Positions 1-9,325 of a DNA stretch of 64,000 nt are shown piece after piece; position 1 is the first letter of the stretch; the number at the start of each line of letters is the position of its first letter. The stretch lies in contig CAJFNC010000009.1 of assembly GCA_904393835.1 (NCBI GenBank), positions 8,660 to 72,659 of the forward strand. The letters are read 5' to 3'. This stretch comes from an uncultured Ruminococcus sp. GTDB lineage: Bacteria > Bacillota > Clostridia > Oscillospirales > Acutalibacteraceae. Both the position numbers and the translations under genes were made by a program. The notes under the pieces were generated by a model. It was not told where the DNA came from, searched no databases, and worked only from the letters and a program-made list of their open reading frames with translations.

Positions 1-1190
1 GAGTTACATATTGCCTGCACAAAATTCTGTGTGCCGTGACCGCTGTGCAAGTGGCAGTGAATTATATCCTTACCGAATGTCATTGAACCTGTACAGGAAA
101 ATGTGCTTTTATCGTTTACTTTATTTTCCTCAAGCGCCATTGAAGCCACGCAAATCTTAAATACCGAACCCGGAGAATATGTATCGGTTACCGCCTTATT
201 TCTCCACATTGCCGCAAGCTTTTCGCTTTCAGCCTGTGAGCGCTCATCTTCGGGCAAAGCCTCAATTTCTTTTTGGTCCGCCTCCGACAGTTCATAAGGG
301 TTGTTCAAATCATATCCGCCTACTGTTACCATGGCAATAATTTCACCCGTATTTACGTCCATTGCAATACAAACGCCCCTGTTAAGAACGTTGTAATCCT
401 GAATACCCTGTTTCATATATTTTTCGCAGATGGACTGAGCCGTTTCATCAATTGTAAGATAAACATTGTTTCCGTCCTCTGAATCAACACTCTGTTCATA
501 CTGGAAAGGCATATCGGTGCCGAGCGAAGTTTTTGCCGAAACTATTCTTCCGGGGGTACCCGACAGGTAGCTGTCATACTGATATTCAATACCTTCAAGT
601 CCCTGTTCGTCGCTGCCCGTAAAGCCTATTACGCAGGAGGCAAGGTCGTTCTGAGGATAGTAACGCTTGTAGTCGTCAAGTATCTGAATAACATTTCCGC
701 AGTTATATTCCTTTGAAAGCTGCTCAGAAAGTTCAAGCACCTTATCACGGGCTTCAACTTCTATTTTTCTTTTAACAACTACATAGTAGCTGTTCTGCTT
801 TGTCTTTTCATATACGTTATCATAGTCAAGCTCAAGAATTTCGGACAAGCCTCTTGCCGCAGCCACCCTTTGCTCGTCATTTTTAAAGTTTGCCGGCGCC
901 AAAACAACCTGCCACACCGAAGCGCTTTCCGCAAGCACCTTTCCGTTTTTATCGTAAATAGTGCCTCGTTTAGCCCTGATTGTTGTATCCTTTAGCTGCT
1001 GGTTTACCGCCTTTTCCTGAAGCTCGTTGCCCTGCACAAGCGTCAGATATCCGAGACGGCCGATAGCAGCGCCAAAACCTATTATCAGTATTAATACTAT
1101 CAATATTGCGGTTCGCTGCCTTAATCGCTGGTTTGGCCCCTTTTCTGCTCGTTTTTTAGATTTAATGGGTGTGTTTTTTTGGTTTTCCAA
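1..1190 (-). CDS. Class B penicillin-binding protein (FtsI/SpoVD-like), runs off the window start
   Basis: Hand translation from TTG at 1190 behind a GAAGGAG RBS: MENQKNTPIKSKKRAEKG... one TM segment, then IRAKRGTIYDKNGKVLAES (PBP dimerisation-domain motif). Follows mraZ-rsmH-ftsL. Absent from the ORF track because it is truncated. Confidence 0.9.
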   Translation of the reverse strand, partial: MENQKNTPIKSKKRAEKGPNQRLRQRTAILIVLILIIGFGAAIGRLGYLTLVQGNELQEKAVNQQLKDTTIRAKRGTIYDKNGKVLAESASVWQVVLAPANFKNDEQRVAAARGLSEILELDYDNVYEKTKQNSYYVVVKRKIEVEARDKVLELSEQLSKEYNCGNVIQILDDYKRYYPQNDLASCVIGFTGSDEQGLEGIEYQYDSYLSGTPGRIVSAKTSLGTDMPFQYEQSVDSEDGNNVYLTIDETAQSICEKYMKQGIQDYNVLNRGVCIAMDVNTGEIIAMVTVGGYDLNNPYELSEADQKEIEALPEDERSQAESEKLAAMWRNKAVTDTYSPGSVFKICVASMALEENKVNDKSTFSCTGSMTFGKDIIHCHLHSGHGTQNFVQAICN

Positions 1191-1319
1191 AATAAATCTC
1201 CTTCCACCGCAATTTTATATTAAAATTTTTCAAATACCCGCATATATACCGAAAAAAGAGTCAAGACGCAGTCTTAACTCTCATTCCCTCATAACATATT
1301 TATTAAGTTGCAATAAATG

Positions 1320-1880
1320 TTATGACCAAAGATTTGTAAGTGAATCAATAAACTTTGTAAAAAGGTTCTCGCTCTGCTGAGCCGATACCTCTGCTTTGTC
1401 GCCGCCTGAAAGAGTGACAAATTCTTTTTGAGCGTCTGATGCTTTGGTCATACCAAGCACATTTTCGGCATATTCTTCAATTTCCGAATTTGAAAGCTTG
1501 CTTTCAACCTTCATCTGGTTTTGTGTGTAAACACTTTGACTGTCAGTAAGCTGATCCTTTGCTTCGCTGATTTGCTGGTTTAGCTCATTGAGCTGAACTT
1601 GTCCGATTATTATGGTTCCGATAACGAAAGCGATTGCAAGTCCGCAAACACTGCCAACAGCAAGCTTCAAAGGATTGTGCTTACGTCTTCTTATTTTTAT
1701 AAGCTCCTCCTCCGGAAGAGTTACGATGTTATTCTTTTTTGAAGCTTTCTTTTTTGTATGCTGTTTATGTACTTCCTGCTGATCATCACGGTCGTCGCGT
1801 TTAGGAGCCGCCGAAGAACGTACAGCTTCCTCGTCAAAAAGACTTAAATCATAAGCAGCGTTTTTATTAATATATGCCAT
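1320..1880 (-). CDS. ftsL: FtsL-like cell division protein
   Basis: Basic N-terminus, single TM, coiled coil, EIEEYAENVLGM motif; lies between rsmH and the PBP. Start moved to the ATG (MAYINK) after AGGA. Confidence 0.75.
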   Translation of the reverse strand: MAYINKNAAYDLSLFDEEAVRSSAAPKRDDRDDQQEVHKQHTKKKASKKNNIVTLPEEELIKIRRRKHNPLKLAVGSVCGLAIAFVIGTIIIGQVQLNELNQQISEAKDQLTDSQSVYTQNQMKVESKLSNSEIEEYAENVLGMTKASDAQKEFVTLSGGDKAEVSAQQSENLFTKFIDSLTNLWS

Positions 1881-2169
1881 TATTCCTGCACACCGGACCT
1901 TTCTATAACTAAAATTTTCATAAAACACACATTTTTACCTTTTTATTCTTTTAAATAAAAAAGTTTCAAATTTTTAACAATTATTTCTAATTGCCACACA
2001 CACAATCACAGTTTAACGCGATTACCCGAGACAAAAAAACCGTATATGTAGTAATTACAAATAAGTTAAATACTAATGCTTGTATTTGTAATATTCTTTA
2101 CAACTTTGTTATATTTTACTACAAATCAGACGTTTTGTCTATACCTGAGAAGAATTATTTTTATATTTT

Positions 2170-3093
2170 TTAAATTTTTTCGCAAATTCTCAACTTTGCA
2201 CTTCTCGCTCTCGGGTTTTCATTTAATTCTGTTTCATTTGCACAAATCGGCTTTTTATTTACCAATTTGGCTTTTGGTTTATTTCCGCAAACACAAACAG
2301 GAAAATCTTTCGGACAGGTGCAGCCCTGACACCATGACGCCATTTTTTGCTTAACTATTCTGTCCTCAAGTGAATGGAAAGTTATTACCGCCAGTCTTCC
2401 GCCGCTCCCGAGCATTTCAAAAGCCCCGTCAAGCCCTCTTTTAAGAGCTCCGAGTTCATCGTTTACCGCAATTCGCAGCGCTTGAAAGGTCTTACGTGCA
2501 GGATGTCCGTCTCTTCTAACTTTTTGCGGTACGTTTGATTTTATAATTTCTGCAAGCTCAAGGGTTGTTTTTATAGGTTTTGCCCGACGTGCCTCTTCAA
2601 TTCCGCGGGCTATTGACCGAGCGTATTTTTCCTCACCGTAGCGGCTGATTATGCTGCTCAATTCCTCAACCGGCAAAGTGTTTACAAGTTCTTCTGCTGT
2701 TGTTCCGCTCCGACTCATACGCATATCCAGCGGTGCATCATCATGAAAAGAAAAACCTCTTTCCACAGTGTCAAGCTGATGTGATGAAACGCCAATATCA
2801 AGCAACACTCCGTCAAGCCTGCCCACGCCGCGGCTTTGCAAAAGCTCCTTTATATCGGCAAAATTCCCCTTTATAATCAGAGAATTTTCGTTATTCTTAA
2901 AACGCTCCGTCAAAGCCAGTATAGCGTCGGGATCCCGGTCAATTGAAATGAGTCTGCCCGTTGTAAGGCGTTTTAAAATCTCGCTGCTGTGACCTCCGCC
3001 GCCTGCGGTACCGTCAACATAAATACCGTTTTCCTTGATATTTAAGCCTTCGATTGTTTCATTAAGGAGCACAGGAACATGAGAAAATTCCAT
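2170..3093 (-). CDS. rsmH: 16S rRNA m4C1402 methyltransferase RsmH
   Basis: HVPVLL, VDGTAGGGGHS, DIGVSSHQLD, ITFHSLEDRIVK and NPRARSAKLR motifs. Confidence 0.98.
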   Translation of the reverse strand: MEFSHVPVLLNETIEGLNIKENGIYVDGTAGGGGHSSEILKRLTTGRLISIDRDPDAILALTERFKNNENSLIIKGNFADIKELLQSRGVGRLDGVLLDIGVSSHQLDTVERGFSFHDDAPLDMRMSRSGTTAEELVNTLPVEELSSIISRYGEEKYARSIARGIEEARRAKPIKTTLELAEIIKSNVPQKVRRDGHPARKTFQALRIAVNDELGALKRGLDGAFEMLGSGGRLAVITFHSLEDRIVKQKMASWCQGCTCPKDFPVCVCGNKPKAKLVNKKPICANETELNENPRARSAKLRICEKI

Positions 3094-3105
3094 AAAATAA
3101 CCTCC

Positions 3106-3525
3106 TTAAAATCTCAGCATTGAAACCGCTTCTGTCAGCGTATCCTGATGAGCTGCGGTAAATTCCTCGAATTTCGCCTTATTCCAGATTTCGACCCTGT
3201 TATTCATTCCGATTACGAGCGCTTCGCCCTCAATCTGAGCAAACTCACGCAAAGCCTGAGGAATAATAACCCTGCCTTGTGCGTTTGGCGTAACCTCAAC
3301 AGCCGTAGCAGTAAAGGTGTACTGAAGTATCATTGCTTTGTCGGCGGGAAGCTGCATAATTTTTTCGCTTAAAGCGTTGAACTGCTCCTGCGACATTGCC
3401 TGAATACAACAATTGCCGAAACCTCTGGCAATATAAAATGTACTTCCGAGTTCCTCACGGAACTTTGCAGGCAAAACAATACGTCCTTTTGCGTCTATTG
3501 AATGGTTAGACATTCCGCTAAACAT
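3106..3525 (-). CDS. mraZ: Transcriptional regulator MraZ
   Basis: SIDAKGRIVLPAKFR and NAQGRVIIP repeats, RVEIW; upstream of rsmH; ATG start after GGAGGTG. Confidence 0.96.
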   Translation of the reverse strand: MFSGMSNHSIDAKGRIVLPAKFREELGSTFYIARGFGNCCIQAMSQEQFNALSEKIMQLPADKAMILQYTFTATAVEVTPNAQGRVIIPQALREFAQIEGEALVIGMNNRVEIWNKAKFEEFTAAHQDTLTEAVSMLRF

Positions 3526-3574
3526 TTTGCCCACCTCCGTACATCTTATTTTTCATTAAAAATCGGTCTTTACA

Positions 3575-3639
3575 GTCACCGAATGACACCATATGACACC
3601 GATTGCTATAATTATACTCTATGATTTAAAAAAAATCAA
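3575..3639 (-). promoter_or_regulatory. SigA-type mraZ promoter with three 10-bp-periodic GGTG(T/A)C boxes (candidate MraZ operator)
   Basis: TTGATT (3639-3634), 17-bp spacer, TATAAT (3616-3611), then GGTGTCATAT GGTGTCATTC GGTGAC on the minus strand. Confidence 0.7.
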
Positions 3640-3909
3640 GATAAAAGTTACGATTAATCTGTAAAATTTACAAATTCTTTCATAATTTTTTCAAATTTGA
3701 AATTTTTATTTAATTTATATTCCTATTTAGAATTTTAAATTAATATAATAACAAAAAGTGCATACATTTAAACCGATTAACATTTGAAATTCATCGGAGA
3801 AATATCTTAAAAGGTTACAAACAATCTAAAATATTACAAACATATGTTTGATAAAAAGATGCAAAAAAAACAGCCGCCCTGTCGGACGACTGTCATTCAG
3901 TGTCAAATA

Positions 3910-4380
3910 TCAGTTACTGCTGTTACCGCTTTTTTGCGAATTAACTATACTTGTTCTGGTCTTTTTAATTGTTTCAAGCTGTTCCGCAATTGCCTGCTCT
4001 GTGCGTTTAATAATGCTGTCAACATAAACGTTGGTAGCTTTTCTGATTTCGGCAGACTTTTTCTTAGCATCGTCAACTATTTCCTTTGCCTTTGCCTGAG
4101 CCTCTCTTACCAACTCATTTTGGTTGAGCATTGCTTTTTTGCGTTCCTCGGCGGTTCTGATAATATTTTCAGACTCTCTTTTTGCCTCGGCAAGAATCTG
4201 CTTTCTGTCAGCAACAATATTTTTTGCCTGTCTTACCTCGGCAGGCATTGCATCCTGAATCTGGTCAAGAATGTCATAAATATCATTGCTGTTTACCATA
4301 ACTTTACCGCCGGAAAACGGAACAGGCTTTGCATCGTTAACCACATCCTGAAGCTGTAAAATCAATTCATCAACTTTCAT
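3910..4380 (-). CDS. DivIVA/SepIVA-like coiled-coil protein
   Basis: N-terminal LQDVVNDAKPVPFSGGKVMV...LDQIQDAMPAEVRQA followed by a long coiled coil; directly downstream of rsmD-coaD. Confidence 0.6.
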   Translation of the reverse strand: MKVDELILQLQDVVNDAKPVPFSGGKVMVNSNDIYDILDQIQDAMPAEVRQAKNIVADRKQILAEAKRESENIIRTAEERKKAMLNQNELVREAQAKAKEIVDDAKKKSAEIRKATNVYVDSIIKRTEQAIAEQLETIKKTRTSIVNSQKSGNSSN

Positions 4381-4414
4381 ATTTTCCACTCCTTATTCCT
4401 ATATACGAAATAGA

Positions 4415-4906
4415 TTATTTTCTTAAAGTGAGCATTCGCTCGACAATTTCATCACGAATACAATCGGGAACAAAATTAGTTATATCTCCGCCCATAGCGG
4501 CAACCTCACGCACCATACTGGAACTGAGATACATCGAATCCGCGTTTGCCATCAAAAAGATGGTTTCAAGCTCGGGATTGATTTTTTTATTTGTAATCGC
4601 CATCTGGAACTCATATTCAAAATCTGATACGGCGCGCAAACCCTTTACAATCGCGTCGGCACCGCGCTGTTTGCAATATTCCGCAAGCAGTCCGTCAAAA
4701 CTTGATATCTCAACATTCTCGATATCACCGGTAACTTCCTCCAAAAACCTCATTCTTTCCTCGGTAGAAAAGCACGGCGACTTTGCGGAATTTACCAGGA
4801 CTGCCACTATTACATGGTCAAACATTTTAGCCGCTCTCTTGATTATGTCAAGATGTCCCAGTGTTACCGGATCAAAACTGCCCGGACAAATTACTGTTTT
4901 ACTCAT
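4415..4906 (-). CDS. coaD: Phosphopantetheine adenylyltransferase
   Basis: PGSFDPVTLGHLDII, KGLRAVSDFEYE, LSSSMVRE. Confidence 0.98.
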   Translation of the reverse strand: MSKTVICPGSFDPVTLGHLDIIKRAAKMFDHVIVAVLVNSAKSPCFSTEERMRFLEEVTGDIENVEISSFDGLLAEYCKQRGADAIVKGLRAVSDFEYEFQMAITNKKINPELETIFLMANADSMYLSSSMVREVAAMGGDITNFVPDCIRDEIVERMLTLRK

Positions 4907-5451
4907 TTTACAAAATCCTTATGTCTGTAAGTACTTATTTTTATTTTACCATAGCGATACTGTCTGTCAAGTACAAAATCGCCGTAATTCGACAAAAGTT
5001 CTTCATCAAAAGGATTTTCCGCAATAATTACGCCGGTTTCTTTCATTGAATCGGTAATTTTTTCAAGAGCCTGCTGAAGCATTCCCGTTTTATATGGCGG
5101 ATCCAAAAAAGCAATATCAAACTTGGTTGTATTCATCAGCAAAAAGCTGTGAAAGTCCAACGCCAAAGTCTTTGCTTTGTTATCAAGCTTCGTTGTTTTT
5201 AAATTTCTGTTTACCGTATCAAGCGACTTTTTGGAATTGTCAACAAAGTATGCCTCTTTAGCGCCTCTGCTGAGTGCTTCAATGCCCATCTGACCCGAAC
5301 CGGCAAACAAGTCGAGAAATGTTCTGCCCTCGATTTCAAATTGGATAATTGAAAAAATTGCCTCTTTTATTCTGTCGGTAGTAGGTCTTACATCTTCGCC
5401 GTCAAGGGTTTCAAGGCGTCTGCCTCTCGCCGATCCTGTTATAACTCTCAT
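4903..5451 (-). CDS. rsmD: 16S rRNA m2G966 methyltransferase RsmD
   Basis: MRVITGSARGRRL, RPTTDRIKEAIF, LDLFAGSGQMGIEALSRG, DPPY. Confidence 0.97.
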   Translation of the reverse strand: MRVITGSARGRRLETLDGEDVRPTTDRIKEAIFSIIQFEIEGRTFLDLFAGSGQMGIEALSRGAKEAYFVDNSKKSLDTVNRNLKTTKLDNKAKTLALDFHSFLLMNTTKFDIAFLDPPYKTGMLQQALEKITDSMKETGVIIAENPFDEELLSNYGDFVLDRQYRYGKIKISTYRHKDFVK

Positions 5452-5528
5452 AGTATCTTCCTTTACTTTTGTGCTGTAAGTATAACATATTTTTCGTCAT
5501 TTTACAACAATATTTTGTGTTTTATACT

Positions 5529-7370
5529 TTATTCACGGTCAAATTTCTCAGGGTGAAAATACTTATACACCGCCAAGGCAGCGTCTTTTGTCATTTTCGG
5601 AGCATTCTCAATCTCTTGCAAATCAGCTTTTGAAATGTTTTCTATTGTGCGAAAATAACGCAAAAGATTTTTTGCTCTAACCTGACCTACACCGTCAATC
5701 TCGGTAAGTGAACTTTTAAAAGTGTTTTTGCTTCGCCTGTTGTGGTGATAACCGATGGCAAATCGGTGAACCTCATCCTGCATTTTGCTGACAAAAGTAA
5801 ACAGCGCGCGTTTTGAACTGATTGAGATTTCTCCGCCGTCGCCCGTAATTGCGCGAGTGCGGTGTTTGTCGTCCTTTACCATACCAAACAAAGGAACGTC
5901 TATTCCAATTTGTGCAAGCGCCTGCTTTACGGCTGCAACCTGTCCCTTACCGCCGTCCAGCAAAATAAGGTCGGGCATTTTGCCAAAGCCCTCGTCGCTC
6001 TTTTCGGCTTTTTTGTACTCCTCAAAACGGCGCGTCAGCACTTCTGCCATTGATGCGTAGTCGTCCTGACCCTCAAATCCCTTGATTTTGAATTTGCGGT
6101 ATGCCGACTTGAGCGGCTTGCCGTTTTTATAAACAATCATACCTGCCACGTTTTCGGTGCCCGCAAGGTTTGAAATGTCGTAGGATTCGATATATTCCGG
6201 AAGCTTTTTGAGTCCCAAAGCGTCCTTGAGTTCCTCAAGTACGCCGTATTCACGCACTGTTGCGCCCTTTTTTTGAGCCAGAGCTTCGGCGGCGTTGGAA
6301 CGACACATTGCAACTAACTGAGCCTGTTCGCCTCTTTGCGGCACTGTTACGTTTACCTTATTGCCCCGCTTTTGCGAAAGCCATTGCGAAATTTCTTCCA
6401 TATCGTCAAGCTCACGGTCAATAGCGATATTTTTAGGCACATCGTTTCTCAGAGTGTAGTAGCTGAGGATAAATTCCTCAACGTCCGATTGCGGATCGCC
6501 GCTGTCAAAAATGAAGCTTTCTCTGTCAAACAGCCGTCCGCCCTCAAATCGAAATACCTGAAAGCATACCTTTCCGCCGTCGGTAAAACACCCTATTACA
6601 TCTTGGTCAAGAATTTTATTTGAAACAACTTTCTGCTTATCGCGCATTTTTTTGACAGAATTAATTTTGTCGCGGATTTTTGCGGCGCGCTCAAATTCAA
6701 GGTTTTCAGCCGCCCGCTCCATTTCCTCAGTCAGTTTTTTAATCGAGTTAGACGAACCGCCCTTTAAAAACTCAAGCGCCTGAGCAACGCTTTCCTGATA
6801 ATCTTTTAGCTTTACCCTGCCCGTGCACGGCGCCATACATTGTTTTATATGATAATTAAGGCACGGTCTGCTCTTGCGGAAATCCCTCGGGAATTTTCTG
6901 TTGCAGGTTGGGAGCATAAAAATTTTGTTAGCTTCCTCCACGGCATTTTTTACATAGTAACTGCTTTTGTATGGTCCGATATAACGCGCGCCGTCGTCAT
7001 TTTTTTGAAGCGCATAGGTGATTTTGGGCCAGTCGCCGTCACTTACACGGATATAACTGTAGCCTTTGTCATCCTTGAGAAGAATGTTGTATTTCGGGGT
7101 GTGCTGTTTGATAAGACTGCATTCAAGGATAAGCGCCTCAAACTCACTGTCGGTAATAATATACTCAAAATCGTCAACATTATCCACCATTCGGCGAACC
7201 TTTTCGGGATGGTTGTTTTGCGAGCCGAAGTACTGGCTTACCCTGTTTTTGAGCGCCTTTGCCTTGCCGATATATATAATTTTTGAATCTTTGTCGTGCA
7301 TTATGTACACGCCCGGCAAAAGCGGGAGCGCCATGGCTTTTTTGCGGAGCTGTGACATTTTTGGATTCAT
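5529..7370 (-). CDS. uvrC: Excinuclease ABC subunit C
   Basis: GIY-YIG N-terminus (PGVYIM...IYIGKAKALKNRVSQYF), YDISN, DGGKGQ, C-terminal HhH. Confidence 0.98.
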   Translation of the reverse strand: MNPKMSQLRKKAMALPLLPGVYIMHDKDSKIIYIGKAKALKNRVSQYFGSQNNHPEKVRRMVDNVDDFEYIITDSEFEALILECSLIKQHTPKYNILLKDDKGYSYIRVSDGDWPKITYALQKNDDGARYIGPYKSSYYVKNAVEEANKIFMLPTCNRKFPRDFRKSRPCLNYHIKQCMAPCTGRVKLKDYQESVAQALEFLKGGSSNSIKKLTEEMERAAENLEFERAAKIRDKINSVKKMRDKQKVVSNKILDQDVIGCFTDGGKVCFQVFRFEGGRLFDRESFIFDSGDPQSDVEEFILSYYTLRNDVPKNIAIDRELDDMEEISQWLSQKRGNKVNVTVPQRGEQAQLVAMCRSNAAEALAQKKGATVREYGVLEELKDALGLKKLPEYIESYDISNLAGTENVAGMIVYKNGKPLKSAYRKFKIKGFEGQDDYASMAEVLTRRFEEYKKAEKSDEGFGKMPDLILLDGGKGQVAAVKQALAQIGIDVPLFGMVKDDKHRTRAITGDGGEISISSKRALFTFVSKMQDEVHRFAIGYHHNRRSKNTFKSSLTEIDGVGQVRAKNLLRYFRTIENISKADLQEIENAPKMTKDAALAVYKYFHPEKFDRE

Positions 7371-7401
7371 ACCGCTACCCCTTTCGTAAAATTTACATTG
7401 C

Positions 7402-7430
7402 TAAAAGAAAAGGGCGGAAAAATCCGCCCT
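7402..7430 (-). terminator. Rho-independent terminator after ptsH
   Basis: AGGGCGGA-4-TCCGCCCT stem followed by a T-rich tract on the minus strand. Confidence 0.75.
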
Positions 7431-7453
7431 AAATATTTTTATATAGTTGAATC

Positions 7454-7717
7454 TTATTCTGTAAAACCCGATTCAACAAGAGAAACAAGGCCTTCAACTG
7501 CATCTGTTTCATCCGAACCGTCAGCGATAATTTTGATTGTTGTACCGCCGATAATGCCGAGCGACAAAACACCGAGAAGACTTTTTGCATTTACGCGTCT
7601 TTCTTCCTTTTCTACCCAGATAGTTGACTTGTACTCGTTAGCTTTCTGAATAAAGAAAGTAGCGGGACGTGCGTGCAAACCTGCCTTGTTTTGTACTAAA
7701 ACTTCCTTAACATACAT
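7454..7717 (-). CDS. ptsH: PTS phosphocarrier HPr
   Basis: AGLHARPA (His15) and NAKSLLGV (Ser46); start moved to MYVKEV. Confidence 0.96.
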   Translation of the reverse strand: MYVKEVLVQNKAGLHARPATFFIQKANEYKSTIWVEKEERRVNAKSLLGVLSLGIIGGTTIKIIADGSDETDAVEGLVSLVESGFTE

Positions 7718-7923
7718 TTTTGAAAACCCTCTCTGCCTATAAAATTTTCCGTTTAGCCGTTTTGGCTTGAATTTATTCATATTATAAACTTTTTTTGGTA
7801 CAAGGTCAATACAGAATAATATTTTCGTATTAATTTTCACTTGCGGACATCAAAATATGAGGTTTATTGTGCAAGTTAACAATTTTAGTGAATAAACTGT
7901 CATTTTGTAAATAGTAAACACTA

Positions 7924-8055
7924 TTTCAAAGCTTTGCCTTTATCAAAGCAAGCAGCGCATTGCGCTGCAATTTCAGTGGAGGATGCAGTCCCGCCGCTGA
8001 ATTTTGATACCTGACGCCGCCTATAAAGGCGGCGTCAGGTATGCTGTTTGTTATA
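7924..8055 (+). repeat. Dispersed multi-hairpin intergenic repeat, copy 1
   Basis: TTTCAAA...GCAGCGCATTGCGCTGC...CCGCCGCTGAATTTTGATA-[perfect 16-bp hairpin]-CTGTTTGTTATA; aligns by eye with 21822, 28778 and 49572. Confidence 0.85.
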
Positions 8056-8097
8056 TTATTATGCACTTCACCTTATAATAAATGCATATTTCAAAAG

Positions 8098-8796
8098 CTA
8101 TTCTTGCTGATCCTTGTATTTTTTGAGCATTTCAGGGCGTTTTTTAAGAGTGTTTTCTATGCTCTTTTCCTTACGCCATTTTGCAATATTAGCGTGATGG
8201 CCGCTCAAAAGCACCTCGGGAACATCCATCCCCCTCCAGCTTGACGGCTTTGTATATTGCGGGTATTCAAGCAAACCGTTAAAATGACTCTCTTCGGTAA
8301 AGCACTCGTTGTTTGTCAGAACGCCGGGCACCATACGAGCAAGGGCGTCCGTAAGCACCATTGCAGGCAATTCTCCACCTGTAAGAACATAGTCGCCTAT
8401 TGAAATTTCTTCGTCAACAAAGGCGTCGAGCAAACGCTGGTCAACACCCTCGTAGTGGCCGCAGAGAATACAGATATTATCAATTTCGGCAAGCTCTTTT
8501 AGCCGCTGCTGCGTGAGCGTTTTACCCTGCGGCGACATATATATAAAATGAGGTTTTACCTTTGTCTGCCTGCAAATATCCTCAAAGCAAAGCGCAATGG
8601 GTTCAGCTTTCATCAACATTCCCATTCCGCCTCCGTACGGGGTATCATCAACTCTTTTGTGCTTGTCAAAAGCAAAATACCTGAGCTGGTGACAGGCGAT
8701 TTCAATGGCGCCGCTTTTTTGCGCTCTGCCGATTATGCTTTCACTGATAATGGGCTCAAACATTTCGGGAAAAAGCGTTATTATATCAATCCTCAT
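8098..8796 (-). CDS. trmD: tRNA (guanine-N1)-methyltransferase TrmD
   Basis: VDDTPYGGGMGM, CGHYEGVDQR, SIGDYVLTGGELPAM, LLEYPQYT. Confidence 0.98.
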   Translation of the reverse strand: MRIDIITLFPEMFEPIISESIIGRAQKSGAIEIACHQLRYFAFDKHKRVDDTPYGGGMGMLMKAEPIALCFEDICRQTKVKPHFIYMSPQGKTLTQQRLKELAEIDNICILCGHYEGVDQRLLDAFVDEEISIGDYVLTGGELPAMVLTDALARMVPGVLTNNECFTEESHFNGLLEYPQYTKPSSWRGMDVPEVLLSGHHANIAKWRKEKSIENTLKKRPEMLKKYKDQQE

Positions 8797-9301
8797 CGTC
8801 AAAAATTCCTTTCATCGGACGTATGAGCACATATCCCTCGTCAACATTGATTTCAATTACTACTTCGTCGATTACGGGAGCCAGGTATTTTTTGTTTTGA
8901 CTGTCGGTAATTTCGTACACGTCGTTGGCGCCGGTGCGCAGAACATCTGTAATTTTTCCGTAAACCTTGCCGTTGGCGGCGTCTTTTACCTCAAGGCCGA
9001 TTAAATCCTGTACAAAATTTACGCCCTCTCCGAGTTTTATGTCGCTTCTGTTGATATAGACAATTTTACCTCTGAGTTTTTCAGCCTGCTCAATTGTTTC
9101 AACGCCCTTAATTTTGCATAGCGTAATATTTTTGTGAGGTCTTGATTTTACTTCGATTGAAGTCTTTCCCTCGCTGTCAAGATACAGCTTTTTAAACGCA
9201 CATAAAAATTCGGGCGAATCACACCACGGGTCAATTCTTACTTCGCCTTTTATGCCGTGTGTACCCACGATTTTTCCTGAGTCGAGATACTGTTTTTTCA
9301 T
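8786..9301 (-). CDS. rimM: Ribosome maturation factor RimM
   Basis: GKIVGTHGIKGEV, TGANDVYEI; overlaps the trmD start. Confidence 0.96.
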   Translation of the reverse strand: MKKQYLDSGKIVGTHGIKGEVRIDPWCDSPEFLCAFKKLYLDSEGKTSIEVKSRPHKNITLCKIKGVETIEQAEKLRGKIVYINRSDIKLGEGVNFVQDLIGLEVKDAANGKVYGKITDVLRTGANDVYEITDSQNKKYLAPVIDEVVIEINVDEGYVLIRPMKGIFDDED

Positions 9302-9325
9302 ACTTTCCCCCGATAATTTATTTTA

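Noticed and set aside
7454-7840. Long N-terminal extensions in the ORF track (ptsH, ftsL, ylxM, pstA, pstS, acpP, agrB, ybeY, 57533 gene)
   Set aside because: RBS position and family length support the downstream starts used in the features
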